A DNA stretch of 63,336 bases, counting the filler, from Octopus bimaculoides (taxonomy: Eukaryota), in the NCBI RefSeq assembly GCF_001194135.2. It is 9 parts of 7 records of this genome, joined end to end, with 100 filler letters (N's around TTAATTAATTAA, not from the genome) between each part and the next. Parts side by side here need not be neighbours in the genome. Positions count along the whole stretch, not along the records: positions 1 to 5,397 come from NC_068982.1; positions 5,498 to 16,808 come from NC_068989.1; 7 more parts are not named here. The stretch is one strand, 5' to 3'. Shown here one piece after another: positions 1 to 12,600 of the stretch. The notes beneath the pieces were generated by a model. The model ran no database searches, had not been told where the DNA came from, and was given only the letters and a program-made list of their open reading frames with translations. Numbering within the stretch: position 1 is the first letter of the stretch; each line of letters begins with the position of its first letter. The translations under genes were made by a program, and so were the position numbers.

Positions 1-33
<33 letters not shown>

Positions 34-270
34 TATATGTGTACATATAAAAGAAAAATAATTCAAGTGTTTTACATATACATACATACACACACCCACA
101 CACATACATCCACATATCCATATAGAAATATGCACTTATACTTACAAACATACATACACCCCCCCCCACACACACACACATACATACACGTGCACACATT
201 CCCATACACATACATACATATATACATGCACATACACACACATACAGATACATACACAGATACACACATA

Positions 271-338
<68 letters not shown>

Positions 339-1765
339 NNNNNNNNNNNNNNNNNNNNNNNNNNNNNNNNNNNNNNNNNNNNNNNNNNNNNNNNNNNNNN
401 NNNNNNNNNNNNNNNNNNNNNNNNNNNNNNNNNNNNNNNNNNNNNNNNNNNNNNNNNNNNNNNNNNNNNNNNNNNNNNNNNNNNNNNNNNNNNNNNNNNN
501 NNNNNNNNNNNNNNNNNNNNNNNNNNNNNNNNNNNNNNNNNNNNNNNNNNNNNNNNNNNNNNNNNNNNNNNNNNNNNNNNNNNNNNNNNNNNNNNNNNNN
601 NNNNNNNNNNNNNNNNNNNNNNNNNNNNNNNNNNNNNNNNNNNNNNNNNNNNNNNNNNNNNNNNNNNNNNNNNNNNNNNNNNNNNNNNNNNNNNNNNNNN
701 NNNNNNNNNNNNNNNNNNNNNNNNNNNNNNNNNNNNNNNNNNNNNNNNNNNNNNNNNNNNNNNNNNNNNNNNNNNNNNNNNNNNNNNNNNNNNNNNNNNN
801 NNNNNNNNNNNNNNNNNNNNNNNNNNNNNNNNNNNNNNNNNNNNNNNNNNNNNNNNNNNNNNNNNNNNNNNNNNNNNNNNNNNNNNNNNNNNNNNNNNNN
901 NNNNNNNNNNNNNNNNNNNNNNNNNNNNNNNNNNNNNNNNNNNNNNNNNNNNNNNNNNNNNNNNNNNNNNNNNNNNNNNNNNNNNNNNNNNNNNNNNNNN
1001 NNNNNNNNNNNNNNNNNNNNNNNNNNNNNNNNNNNNNNNNNNNNNNNNNNNNNNNNNNNNNNNNNNNNNNNNNNNNNNNNNNNNNNNNNNNNNNNNNNNN
1101 NNNNNNNNNNNNNNNNNNNNNNNNNNNNNNNNNNNNNNNNNNNNNNNNNNNNNNNNNNNNNNNNNNNNNNNNNNNNNNNNNNNNNNNNNNNNNNNNNNNN
1201 NNNNNNNNNNNNNNNNNNNNNNNNNNNNNNNNNNNNNNNNNNNNNNNNNNNNNNNNNNNNNNNNNNNNNNNNNNNNNNNNNNNNNNNNNNNNNNNNNNNN
1301 NATATATATATATATAAATATACATATATATATGCATACACACACATCAATATATATATGCACATACACACATGCACGCACGCACACACATATATATATA
1401 GATAAGGCTTTAGAAACCTTATTGAGTACCACTTTTGGAAAATTTCCATTAACTCAACGTTTCTGACGTGTGATTTTGGTACCATCATTTACATGAGATG
1501 TTCCTTCAATACGTATCCGATGTTTTAAATGATGTAAATGTTTCTCAAGTATGTTATGAGACTTGACACGTAAAATCCTACATATAACTTCGGGAAATGT
1601 TTAAGTTCGACGTTTGTATGGTTGCATCCTCAATATATATATTTGCATCAGACTTTCGCTTTTTCACTCTTACTCTAATACAGAATATCTCTGCTTTTAC
1701 CTATATATTTCTATATAACTATTTTTTATATGCGTGCGAGCGTGCGCACATGTGTATACATCCAT

Positions 1766-1819
<54 letters not shown>

Positions 1820-2398
1820 CATTTTTCTGACATAACAATTTAAATATATATTTTAACCATGTAACACAAGCCTTCTGTAGTTTTTTCACTCTTGTTTATC
1901 TTTTATATATATATACATATATATAAAGATTCACATTACAAACACGTGCACATACTGAGAGAAAAGAGGGAGAGAGATAGGGTGAGAGTAATGTTTACTT
2001 ATAAGTGCGTGCATGTCGAGGAGTGTGTGGCTTGTGAAGTGTTTACGTCCATTCCCGCGAGTGTAGTAAAAGATTGAAGTCATTAATTTTATTCCTAACC
2101 TTATAAAAGGTTCTTGGTTCTTGGATCTTAGATTATCTCTTGCAACACACCCACCAACGCTATTTCTATCAATACCATCCTCATGACCTCCATCACAAAC
2201 AACTCCGTCACTACCAGTGTCACCTCCACCAACAACAACAACAACATTTTCACTGTCATCGCCATTATCAACATGCGTAACATTACCAAAATCGCTGTCT
2301 TCATTATCATCACCATCTTCTACATGGCAAGAACCATTGTAAGTTGTGTCGGCGATGCATTTGTCTTGTATTTGTTTCAGTAATTGGATCTCGGCCAC

Positions 2399-2615
2399 AA
2401 GGCGGCGAGCTGGCAGAAACGTTAGCACGCCGGATAAAATGCTGAGAAGTATTTCATCTGTCTTTATGTTCTGAGTTCAAATTCCGCCAAGGTCGACTAT
2501 GCCTTTCATCTTTTGGGGGTCCATAAATTAAGTACCAGCTGCGTACTGAGTTCGATCTAATCGACTCGTCCCCTCCCCAAAAATTTCGAACCTTGTACCT
2601 AGATTAGAAAAGAAT
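2399..2615 (+). mobile_element. tRNA-derived SINE family C
   Basis: GGCGGCGAGCTGGCAGAAACGTTAGCACGCCGG head, GAGTTCAAATTCC B box, central GGTCGACT..GCCTTTCATC..GATAAA..AAGTACC block. Confidence 0.85.
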
Positions 2616-2619
2616 TGGA

Positions 2620-3070
2620 CCTCGGTCATGCTGGAGCCCCGCCTTGAAGGATTTTAATCGACCCAGAACTTGTGTGTGTTTCTTTTTTGTCTTGGTCTAT
2701 TTTTTTAAAGTTTGGTACTTATTCTCTCGGTCCCTTTTACTGAAGCTACATTATGAAGATATAAACAAACTAACATCAGTTGTCAAGCGGTGGGTGAGGA
2801 TGACAAATACAGACCAAAAGGCACACATACACACACACACTCACATATGTGTGTGTGCATGTATGTATGCATGTATGTATGCATTTATGTATGTATATAC
2901 ACATATGCATATACGACGGGTTTCCACACAGTTTCCATCAACCAAATCTAGTCACAAGGCATTAGTCGGCCCGTGACTATAGCAGAAAACACTTGCCCAA
3001 GGTGTTCTGCAGTGAGACTGAACCCGAGACCATGTGGCTGCAAAGTTATCTTCATAACATGCTACCATGC
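2620..3070 (-). mobile_element. SINE family A, diverged
   Basis: Reverse complement of head, core and tail blocks. Confidence 0.75.
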
Positions 3071-3136
3071 CTTTTATCATACCACAAAACCAACAACAGT
3101 AATCAAAAGCAAACATAACTATCAGCGACATCAATA

Positions 3137-3519
3137 TTGTTGTTGGCACTCCGTCGCTTACGACGTCGAGGGTTCCAGTCGATCCGATCAACGGAACAGC
3201 CTGCTCATGAAATTAACGTGCAAGTGGCTGAGTACTCCACAGACACGTGTACCCTTAACGTAGTTCTTGGAGATATTCAGCGTGTCACAGTGTGACAAGG
3301 CTGGCCCTTTGAAATACAGGTACAACAGAAACAGGAAGTAAGAGTGAGAGAAAGTTGTGGTGGAAGAGTACAGCAGGGTTCGCCACCATCCCTGCCGGAG
3401 CCTCGTGGAGCTTTAGGTGTTTTCGCTCAATAAACTCTCACAACGCCCGGTCTGGGAATCGAAACCGCGATCCTGTGACCGCGAGTCCGCTGCCCTAACC
3501 ACTGGGCCATTGCGCCTCC
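3137..3519 (-). mobile_element. tRNA-derived SINE family B, full length
   Basis: Head GCAATGGCCCAGTGGTTAGGGCAGCGGACTCGCGG..GGTTTCGATTCCC, (ACA)n tail; matches 5517-5893. Confidence 0.85.
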
Positions 3520-3534
3520 ACGACATCAATATAA

Positions 3535-4590
3535 CCAATCACATTCGGTTGTCAAGGAAGCTTGTAAATTTGCAAAGGAACTTGGCATTAACCCTGAAAT
3601 AGTTGAAGAACCTGAAACCACTGCCACAAAAGCAAAATGGATTGAGTAGACTGCAAAAAAAAATGGGCAGAAATAAATTGCGGAGCGATAGAGCCAGAAG
3701 CCTCTGCATGGACAGTATATACTTCGAGGTCAAAATGCTGATGTAAACCATGCAACAACCCATCAGTGGCTGAGATGTTCAGGACTGAAAGCAGAAACTG
3801 AAGGTTTCATACTGGCGGCACAAGATCAAAGCTTGATTACACGAAAACTTCCAGGTTAACTACCAGGTTCTGACCCTAAATGCAGATTCTGCGACACATT
3901 TGACGAAACAATAGACCATCTCGTCTAGGGATGTCCTGTGCTGACACTAAACGAATATAAAAATCGCCACGATAGAGTAGGGCACTATTTACATTGGAAA
4001 ATATGTAAACACTACAAATTAAGCACTCCTGTTTACTGGTACGAACATCATCATGATCCAGTCGTTGAAGGTAAAAATGTCACTATCTTCTGGGATTTTT
4101 CAGTCGACACTGACAGAACGATCCAGGCTAATATACCAGACATAAAGACAGGAAGGAAAACACTTGTACACTAATAGATGTAAGTTTTCTCACTGATAAA
4201 AATATATCTGTCAAAGAATTTGACAAACTAAGTAAATATAAGGACCTGGAAATTGAAATACAAAAGATGTGGCATCTTAAAACGAGAACTGTTCCTGTTA
4301 TTGTAAGTGCCCTAGGTATGATAAAAAAAAAAAAGGATGTCAGAAACATCTAGATAAGATCCCAGGAGAACCATGTCTCAGAGAAATTCAAAAGATTGTG
4401 CTGCCCACAATCTTAGAAAAACCCTATCAATTTAAATGTTTGTTGTATTACATGAAGATATTTCACTACCTCCCCTCCCCAAGCTTTCAGTCATATTGTA
4501 GCATCTCTTATACTTCATTCGCCCCAGGACGCTGGGTGTGTCTCGGCAAGTGATTGTAACAAAGTTGCAGATAAAAAGTTTTAAATAATA
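3535..4590 (+). mobile_element. R4/Dong-clade non-LTR retrotransposon 3' fragment (zinc knuckle + RLE endonuclease), frameshifted
   Basis: CRFCDTFDETIDHLV, RHDRVGHYLHWKICKHY, KEFDKLSKYKDLEIEIQKMW; ends in (AAT)n. Confidence 0.85.
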
Positions 4591-5350
4591 ATAATAATAA
4601 CATTAATAATAATAATGCACTCTGATGGGGCGGGATTTAAGGAAAAATACTATACACAAAAGACAGCACTCCACGTGTGCGCGCATTGTGTGTGTGGGGG
4701 GGTGCATGCGTGTGTGTGTGTGCGTGGGTGGGTTTAGTTTTGAGAAGTACCCGACTAGCATTCGTATCCATAATGATCTTTCTGTTCTGTTTTGAACTAA
4801 GGAGCAATAAAAGACCTGGTTATTATGAGATGAGATGTCGTTAGTTAGAATCTGGTACTACATTATCTAATTGGATATCACATTTGACATAATAATATTT
4901 GTAATTAGGTATGATTCCATTATCAAATGAAAAAGAAGATAAAAACGTTTAAACATTCCATTATGATTAATTTTTAATTAAAATATTCTTCTCATTATTG
5001 TTATTAATTCTCAATAGTAAGTTTATATTCTTGATATTGATAAAACTGAATGAAATTAATTTGGCTTTCTTTTGAGGGCTGATATATGTCTAATTTTAAA
5101 CAATATCAAAATATGCTCGATTACGAAGTACATTCGTTATATCTTGGAAAATATAAGCATCGATCAAGGAATTCTAGACAAAAGCATTATCTGAATAATC
5201 ATTAACCATCTGTTACAGTAAACATTAAAACACGACAACATTAAAAGGAAAGCATCGAGAATTAACTGCATTTGAAGTACAGATGAACTCACGATTAGTT
5301 TAATCCCTCGTTTATGTGTTTGTATATGTACGTACGTGTGGGTGATTGTG

Positions 5351-5397
<47 letters not shown>

Positions 5398-5516
5398 NNN
5401 NNNNNNNNNNNNNNNNNNNNNNNNNNNNNNNNNNNNNNNNNTTAATTAATTAANNNNNNNNNNNNNNNNNNNNNNNNNNNNNNNNNNNNNNNNNNNNCAT
5501 ATATATACATACATTT

Positions 5517-5893
5517 GGAAGTGCAATGGCCCAGTAGTTAGAGAAGCGGACTCGCTGTCGAAGGATCACGGTTTCGATTCCCAGACCGTTTTGAGTGTTT
5601 ATTGAGTGAAAACACATAAAGCTCCACAAGGCTCCGGCAGGGGTGGTGTCAAACCCTGCTGTACTCTTTCACCACAACTTTCTCTCACTCTTTCTTCCTA
5701 TTTTTGTTGTACCTGTATTTCAAAGGGCCAGCCTTGTCACACTCTGTGTTACACTGAATCTCCCCTTTGAACTACGTTAAGGGTACACGTGTCTGTGGAG
5801 TGCTCAGCCACTTACGCGTTAATTTTACGAGCAGGCTGTTCCATTGATCGGATCAACTGGAACCCTCGTCGTCGTAACCAACGGAGTACCACG
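5517..5893 (+). mobile_element. SINE family B, full length (partial copy also at 8870-9050 -)
   Basis: Colinear reverse complement of 3137-3519. Confidence 0.85.
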
Positions 5894-6439
5894 ATACATA
5901 CATACATAGGAAATATTCTTGAGAATTTTGTCCCCAACTTTAACAAATGAGAGTGTAACAAATGAGTAATGTAAGGTACTGCCCTTAAAAATATTTGTTT
6001 GACTAAACCCTTTACAGCAGTGCCTCAGTATGGCCGCAGTCCAATGAGTGAAACAAGTAAAAGGTATATACTTCCTCCAGTATTCTAAAGTGTAGACCCT
6101 AAAGTATGTAATGTACACAAATCCCAATAGTTATGGTCTCTGTCTGTAATTTGTTTTCTTTTTCTTGAATACTTTTTGCAATCTGTCCATTTGGTAGATA
6201 AGTCCCGGGATGCCATGAGGTGATAACTGTTGGAAATATGGGGCTTCCAGAGGGTCAACATCACTGTTGTGTCTCTCACAGTAAATGTTTTCAATATCTA
6301 ACATGTTCTTTAAACTTTTACCTTCTACTTGTTTCAGTCATTAGACTGCGGCCATGATGGGGCACCGCCTTGAAAAGGGTTTAGACCCCGGTTTTTATGT
6401 ACGCATCGCCCCGTTATTTATGTAAGGTAGTGCCAGATC

Positions 6440-6700
6440 TCAATACTTCCTTCCTAAAACACTCGCGTCAAGAACCTACTCAATAACTGTTTGACTTGTT
6501 CATAACTACACAACGGCCTCACAAGAGCTTTACAAAAGGTGGCAAAAATTTCTACCTGAAGCTTTTAAAAGTCATCTAGATGGGTTTCTTTTTCCCTGAC
6601 ATCGGCCATCTGCAAAAGATTACAGCTAATACAACGCAATCCCTGCTAGTTCTTTGATGCACCAACTAGATATGCTATGTATATTGAGGAACGTAATAAA
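6440..6700 (+). mobile_element. Possible degenerate LINE 3' end
   Basis: EAFKSHLDGFL resembles the FKxxLDxFL C-terminal motif seen at 33.1 kb. Confidence 0.3.
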
Positions 6701-6817
6701 AGCAATTGAACCTTGGACATACACAAGCGAGATGAAAGTCATATCAAACTGTAACGTCGGTGTCCTAGCGTGAGCTTAACCATAACGGCTAAAAAACAAA
6801 CTACAGAACTAAGAGAC

Positions 6818-6983
6818 AGGCATGGCTGTATGGTAAGAAGCTTGCTTCCCGATCACATGGTACCAGGTTCAGTCCCACTGCGTGGCATCTTGGGCAAGTG
6901 TTTTCTACAATATACTCAAACCAACCAAAGCCTTGTGAGTGGATTTGGTAGACGGAAACTGAAAGAATCTAGTCGTATATATA

Positions 6984-7050
<67 letters not shown>

Positions 7051-7270
7051 ATTTATGCATGTGTATATGTGTCTGTGTTTGTCCCCCCCACCATCGCTTG
7101 ACAACCGATGTCGGTGCGTATGCGCCCCCGTAACTCAGTGGTTTGGCAAGAAAGACCGATAGAATAAGTACTAGGCTTACAAAGAATAAGTCCTGGGGTC
7201 GATTTTTCCTGAAGGCGGTGCCCTGGAATGGGCACAGTAAAATAAGTGAAACAAGTAAAATAATAAAAGA
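6818..7270 (+). mobile_element. tRNA-derived SINE family A, full length, internal microsatellite
   Basis: A box TGGCTGTATGGT, B box GGTTCAGTCCC, CTTGGGCAAGTG core-like block, internal (AT)n(ATGT)n, tail GAAACAAGTAAAA. Confidence 0.85.
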
Positions 7271-7299
7271 ACTAAGAGGTACATGAACACACACACACA

Positions 7300-7337
<38 letters not shown>

Positions 7338-7998
7338 CACGCATGCACACACACACACACACGCACGCACACACACACACACACACACATTAGTATGAAA
7401 AACACGAGGTCAAGTTTCTGTTCCTGAGTAGATGCGCGAAACAGTGGCAGAGGATAAACTAATTTAAGACCATTCCAAGTATGTTTGAGGGGTGTATGGA
7501 TATGTAAAGGCTTTTCACTGCACTTTGTTATGGAGAAAATAGTTCTCGCTTAAGACAATAATGTGTCAAAAGTCAAGTCAGAATACTCTCTGTTGGACTG
7601 ATGGATGCATTTCAAACACGTTAATTCTCTTCAGCACCAGATACCAAAGTCAGGCAACTCTGACCTTATTGAGAAGCAAAGAGAACTAAAAAGCTCGAAA
7701 TGATCCATAACTCGAGTAGAGAGTGCTCTTAACTGCCTGTGGTGCTTTGACGCCCTTGTGCTTTAGTGAGAACTTTTTCTCTCTGACAAACTGCAGTGAA
7801 AAGTCTGATATGGGTTCAGATATCTCTCAAACATATTTGAACTGATTTTAATTTGTTCAAGTGTTTGAGGTTGGTTTCCCTGTCTGTGTCTCGCTGGAAG
7901 GAGAAAGCAGTGGCTGTGATGAGAGAGGTGAGAAATAAAGAAAAAGAATGTATCATAAAGAGAGGTGTATTAAGTAGATAAATAGAATGTTTGAGATG

Positions 7999-8038
<40 letters not shown>

Positions 8039-9057
8039 GATGGAAAAGAGAAGGGAGAGAGATTGAGAGAAAGAACTAAAGAATCAAAATTAGAAATAGT
8101 CAATAGTTAGCTTGTGTGAGAGACAATGATGCAAGTAGATTGTTAAAATAAAAGATAGAAGAGGTAAAGCAAGGTAGAGAGGAGAGGTGTAAAGGAAAAC
8201 CACAGAATTCCGCATTTATAGAGGAACAATAAGAGAACTAATGTGATAAAATATCAGAAGTATAGAATGTGAAAGAATGAGAGCAAGGGGGCGACAAAGA
8301 GTAAGTGAGCGACTGAGAGAGGGACAGAGAGAGAGAGAGAGAGAGAGCAAAAGAAAAAAGAGAAAGGAGGGATATAGAAACAAAGGAGGGAAAAAGAAAT
8401 AAAAGAGAATGTGAGTGAGACTAAGGGAAGTGTGTCAGTGGAGGATAGAAAAACAAGATTAACTGAAAGAAGACAAATAAAACATTAGAAGAAAATGGAG
8501 CAAAGCTTCAAGCAAAACCATTAGGATTTACTAAAATGAGGTAGAAATAAACATGGACATTTTTTGCGAGTAGTACTGCGTTAAGTTATATATATATATA
8601 TATATATAAAGATAAATTAAATAGAAAGATACTACTGACAATCCAATAATTTATTTATATTATATTACATGATATAGTATGAATATAATATAACATAATA
8701 TAACATATTAAAAAAGCACATAAAAGGCCAACAAATTGTTTCGACTTATACACATTTTCTGATATACATACATAATAATAGTTCCCTTATATATAAAAGT
8801 CACTTCAGGGTCATGTTTTAAAGATAGACGAAATTCCGTGTGAATGGACTCCTGGATTGTAAAAATATATATATTACTACGGCACTCCAATCGACGGAAC
8901 AGCCTGCTCGTGATATTAACGGGCAAGTGACTGAGCACTCCACAGACATGTGTACCCTTAACGTAGTTCTTGGGGAGATTCAGCGTGACACAGAATGTGA
9001 CAAGGCTGGTCCTTTGAAATACAGGGACAACAGAAACAGGAAGAAAGAGTGAGAGAA

Positions 9058-9168
9058 GCATTATTTATATCTGTCCTCATCTTGTTTGTTGTTAACACAA
9101 CGCTTCGGCTGATATACTTTCCAGCATTCTTCAGGGGAAATTTCGAACCTAGGTTCTCTTTCCTAAGA

Positions 9169-9218
<50 letters not shown>

Positions 9219-9341
9219 TCACTGCCTGGAATCGAACTCGGGGTTAGTAGCCCACGCTCTTAACCACTACCCGATATGCCCGTGGTCAATTATGGAGTGA
9301 ATTTTAGGGCTTATAAATCTAATATTTTCTCATCCTTCCCG
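9058..9341 (-). mobile_element. 3' end of the same Penelope-like family (tRNA-like cassette, (AAT)n, degenerate hammerhead)
   Basis: Colinear with 40433-40830; runs into gap at 9342. Confidence 0.8.
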
Positions 9342-10019
9342 NNNNNNNNNNNNNNNNNNNNNNNNNNNNNNNNNNNNNNNNNNNNNNNNNNNNNNNNNNN
9401 NNNNNNNNNNNNNNNNNNNNNNNNNNNNNNNNNNNNNNNNNNNNNNNNNNNNNNNNNNNNNNNNNNNNNNNNNNNNNNNNNNNNNNNNNNNNNNNNNNNN
9501 NNNNNNNNNNNNNNNNNNNNNNNNNNNNNNNNNNNNNNNNNNNNNNNNNNNNNNNNNNNNNNNNNNNNNNNNNNNNNNNNNNNNNNNNNNNNNNNNNNNN
9601 NNNNNNNNNNNNNNNNNNNNNNNNNNNNNNNNNNNNNNNNNNNNNNNNNNNNNNNNNNNNNNNNNNNNNNNNNNNNNNNNNNNNNNNNNNNNNNNNNNNN
9701 NNNNNNNNNNNNNNNNNNNNNNNNNNNNNNNNNNNNNNNNNNNNNNNNNNNNNNNNNNNNNNNNNNNNNNNNNNNNNNNNNNNNNNNNNNNNNNNNNNNN
9801 NNNNNNNNNNNNNNNNNNNNNNNNNNNNNNNNNNNNNNNNNNNNNNNNNNNNNNNNNNNNNNNNNNNNNNNNNNNNNNNNNNNNNNNNNNNNNNNNNNNN
9901 NNNNNNNNNNNNNNNNNNNNNNNNNNNNNNNNNNNNNNNNNNNTGGCTAGAAGTGGTTTATCATTGAGCGAGTAGGTATATATTAGAAAGAAACAATGAA
10001 CACTATGTATACACACACA

Positions 10020-10085
<66 letters not shown>

Positions 10086-10417
10086 CTGCACTTATAAAGG
10101 GCGTCGACAGATAACATTCATGTTCTAACATCATTTATTACCGAATACAGAAACATATCTATCAGGTATGCGATGTTCAAGCCCATATTTTTTCATTATA
10201 TATAAATATATATAAATTAATATATATAAATAAATATGTGTGTGCGTGTGATAGTAACACTGTGAAAGCGTGGAAACATCGGGTATGGAATTTAAGAACG
10301 CTACTGTTCCAAACCAACTATGAAAGGGTAATAATAATAATGTGAAAAATAGTAAAATAATAAGTAATGTGAAAACAAAAAAAACAAAAAAGAAATAGAT
10401 AAAAGCAAAATTGAGGC

Positions 10418-10956
10418 TAGTTGAAATTTGTTTGTCCCATATTTCAACTGCTGAAAGGCAAATACACAGCAGTTACCATGGAGATAAAGAAATCTCTTAT
10501 GGTAAAAAAAAAAAAGGTGTGAAAACACCCGGTTCGTTCAGTGTCGCCATCTATTAAGAATCCCAATGCTTCGAGATTTTTGACTCTTGTCAATGAGATG
10601 TACCTTTTAGCAAGCCTAAATTCTGCTCATACCTAAACACTGCTTCGCGCTAACGCTTCGTTGTCTACCTCGATCGGGCGATCTAGAAGCACAAATCAGT
10701 CAACGTGTTGACTGAATTATATAATAAGGCTACGACTTTATTTAGTTCGTTCAGAGTTGTCTCTCTTAAGGACAACTCATTGACAAGAGCCAAACACTTC
10801 GAAACATCGATATCTGGGATTCCTAATAGATGGCGATACTGAACGAACCGAGTGTTTTCACACCTTTTTACCACAAGAAAGATTTTTTTTCTTCACGGTA
10901 ACTGCTGTGTATTTGCCTTTTAGCAGTTGAAATATGTGACAAACATATTTCAACTA
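10418..10956. mobile_element. Fold-back MITE with ~190-bp imperfect TIRs
   Basis: 10418-10610 is the reverse complement of about 10770-10956; TA at both ends; central hairpin TCAGTCAAC-gt-GTTGACTGA. Confidence 0.8.
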
Positions 10957-12134
10957 TTATTTACATTTGACGGATATTTGTCCTCATCTTGTTTTTTGTT
11001 AACACAACGTTTTGGTCAATATACCCTCTAGCCTTCATCAGGTGTCTTGGGGAAATTTCGAACCTGGGTTTTCATTCCTAAAGTATTTTTCGATGTTGTT
11101 GTTGTTGTTATTATTATTATTATGGACACTGATATATATTGACAAGAAGATGCTTTAGCTATAGGTTCGCCATTATCACCGATAATAGCCAATATATACA
11201 TGGAATACTTTGAGAATTTGGCTTTAGGATCAACACCACTAAAACCAACCCCATGGCTGCGATATGTTGACGACACCTTTATACTCTGGCCCCACCAGGA
11301 AAATGTCCAAGTGCTGTTAGATCATGTGAACTCAATAAAGCCATCCATACAGTTCACAATGGAAAAGGAAAAAGACAACCAGCTACCATTCCTGGATGTA
11401 TTAATGACACGCACCAAGTATGGATTCAGGACATCCGTATACCACAAGCCGACCTTCATTGGACGATACCTCAACTTCAAATCCCACCATCCATACAGTG
11501 TAAAGAGAGGGATTTCTCAGTGTCTAAAACATCGAGGAATGAATATAAGTAGCGATCGTGGTACCCACCACGAAGAAATGATCAAGCTCAGTAACAATCT
11601 ATTAAGCAACAACAACCCCAAAAGCATACTCTCCACACCAATTATGAAGAAAAGAGAGAATGAAACCGATAAACTGTCCACAGTCTGTCTACCCTGTGTA
11701 AAAGGCCTCTCCGAAAAGATACAATAGATATGAGGCCCATATGACATCAGGACAGTATTCAAAAGTAATACAACTCTTCGCAAATATCTCCTTCGAGTAA
11801 AACCACCAATAGAAGAGAATATAACCAAGAACCGCGTGTACTCCATCCCATGCAGCTGTGGTAGGTTATATAAAGGCGAAACATATCACCCCCTCAAAAT
11901 AAGGATAGAGGAATATCGCAAAGCTGTGACACGGGGAGATATTGATAAATCGGGTATAGCTGATCATGTATGGAAAAATGGAGACCACCTCCCCCCGTGG
12001 GATGAACTTAAAATAATAGAAAGAGAACACCACTGGAAAATACGAAAACTAAAAGAAGCAGCACATATGCTAGGGAACAACAACCTCCTAAGCAGATCGA
12101 GTGTAGATATGAACAGCATATGGGAACCGGTATT

Positions 12135-12141
<7 letters not shown>
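10957..12141 (+). mobile_element. Penelope-like retroelement, 5'-truncated RT + GIY-YIG endonuclease, with an inverted terminal module at its 5' end
   Basis: WLRYVDDTF, QFTMEKE, LPFLDV, VYHKPT RT motifs (11200-11727); premature TAG, then VYSIPCSCGRLYKGET GIY-YIG-type motif (11836-12141); 10957-11100 is the reverse complement of the family's 3' terminus. Confidence 0.9.
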
Positions 12142-12168
<27 letters not shown>

Positions 12169-12199
12169 NNNNNNNNNNCAGCATATGGGAACCGGTATT

Positions 12200-12237
<38 letters not shown>

Positions 12238-12267
12238 TATAGATAGATAGATACATACATACATACA

Positions 12268-12299
<32 letters not shown>

Positions 12300-12381
12300 G
12301 ATACGAGCGCGCGCACACATATAAAGATAGATACACATATGTATATATAAATAAATAAATATAAATAAATATATATATGTA

Positions 12382-12438
<57 letters not shown>

Positions 12439-12517
12439 NNNNNNNNNNNNNNNNNNNNNNNNNNNNNNNNNNNNNNNNNNNNNNNNNNNNNNNNNNNNNN
12501 NNNNNNNNNNNNNNNNN

Positions 12518-12600
<83 letters not shown>

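Noticed and set aside
1931-2428. 165-aa Asp/Gly/Val-rich ORF
   Set aside because: Antisense reading of a degenerate CAT/CAA microsatellite plus a SINE-C head.
3450-9281. tRNA-like sequences (SINE heads, PLE cassette) as tRNA genes
   Set aside because: Acceptor stems are incomplete and each is fused to repeat body sequence; not functional tRNA genes.
12108-12240. Sequence duplicated on both sides of small gaps (also 17731-17810 and 60620-61375)
   Set aside because: Typical unmerged contig overlap at microsatellites; cannot be called tandem duplication without long reads.
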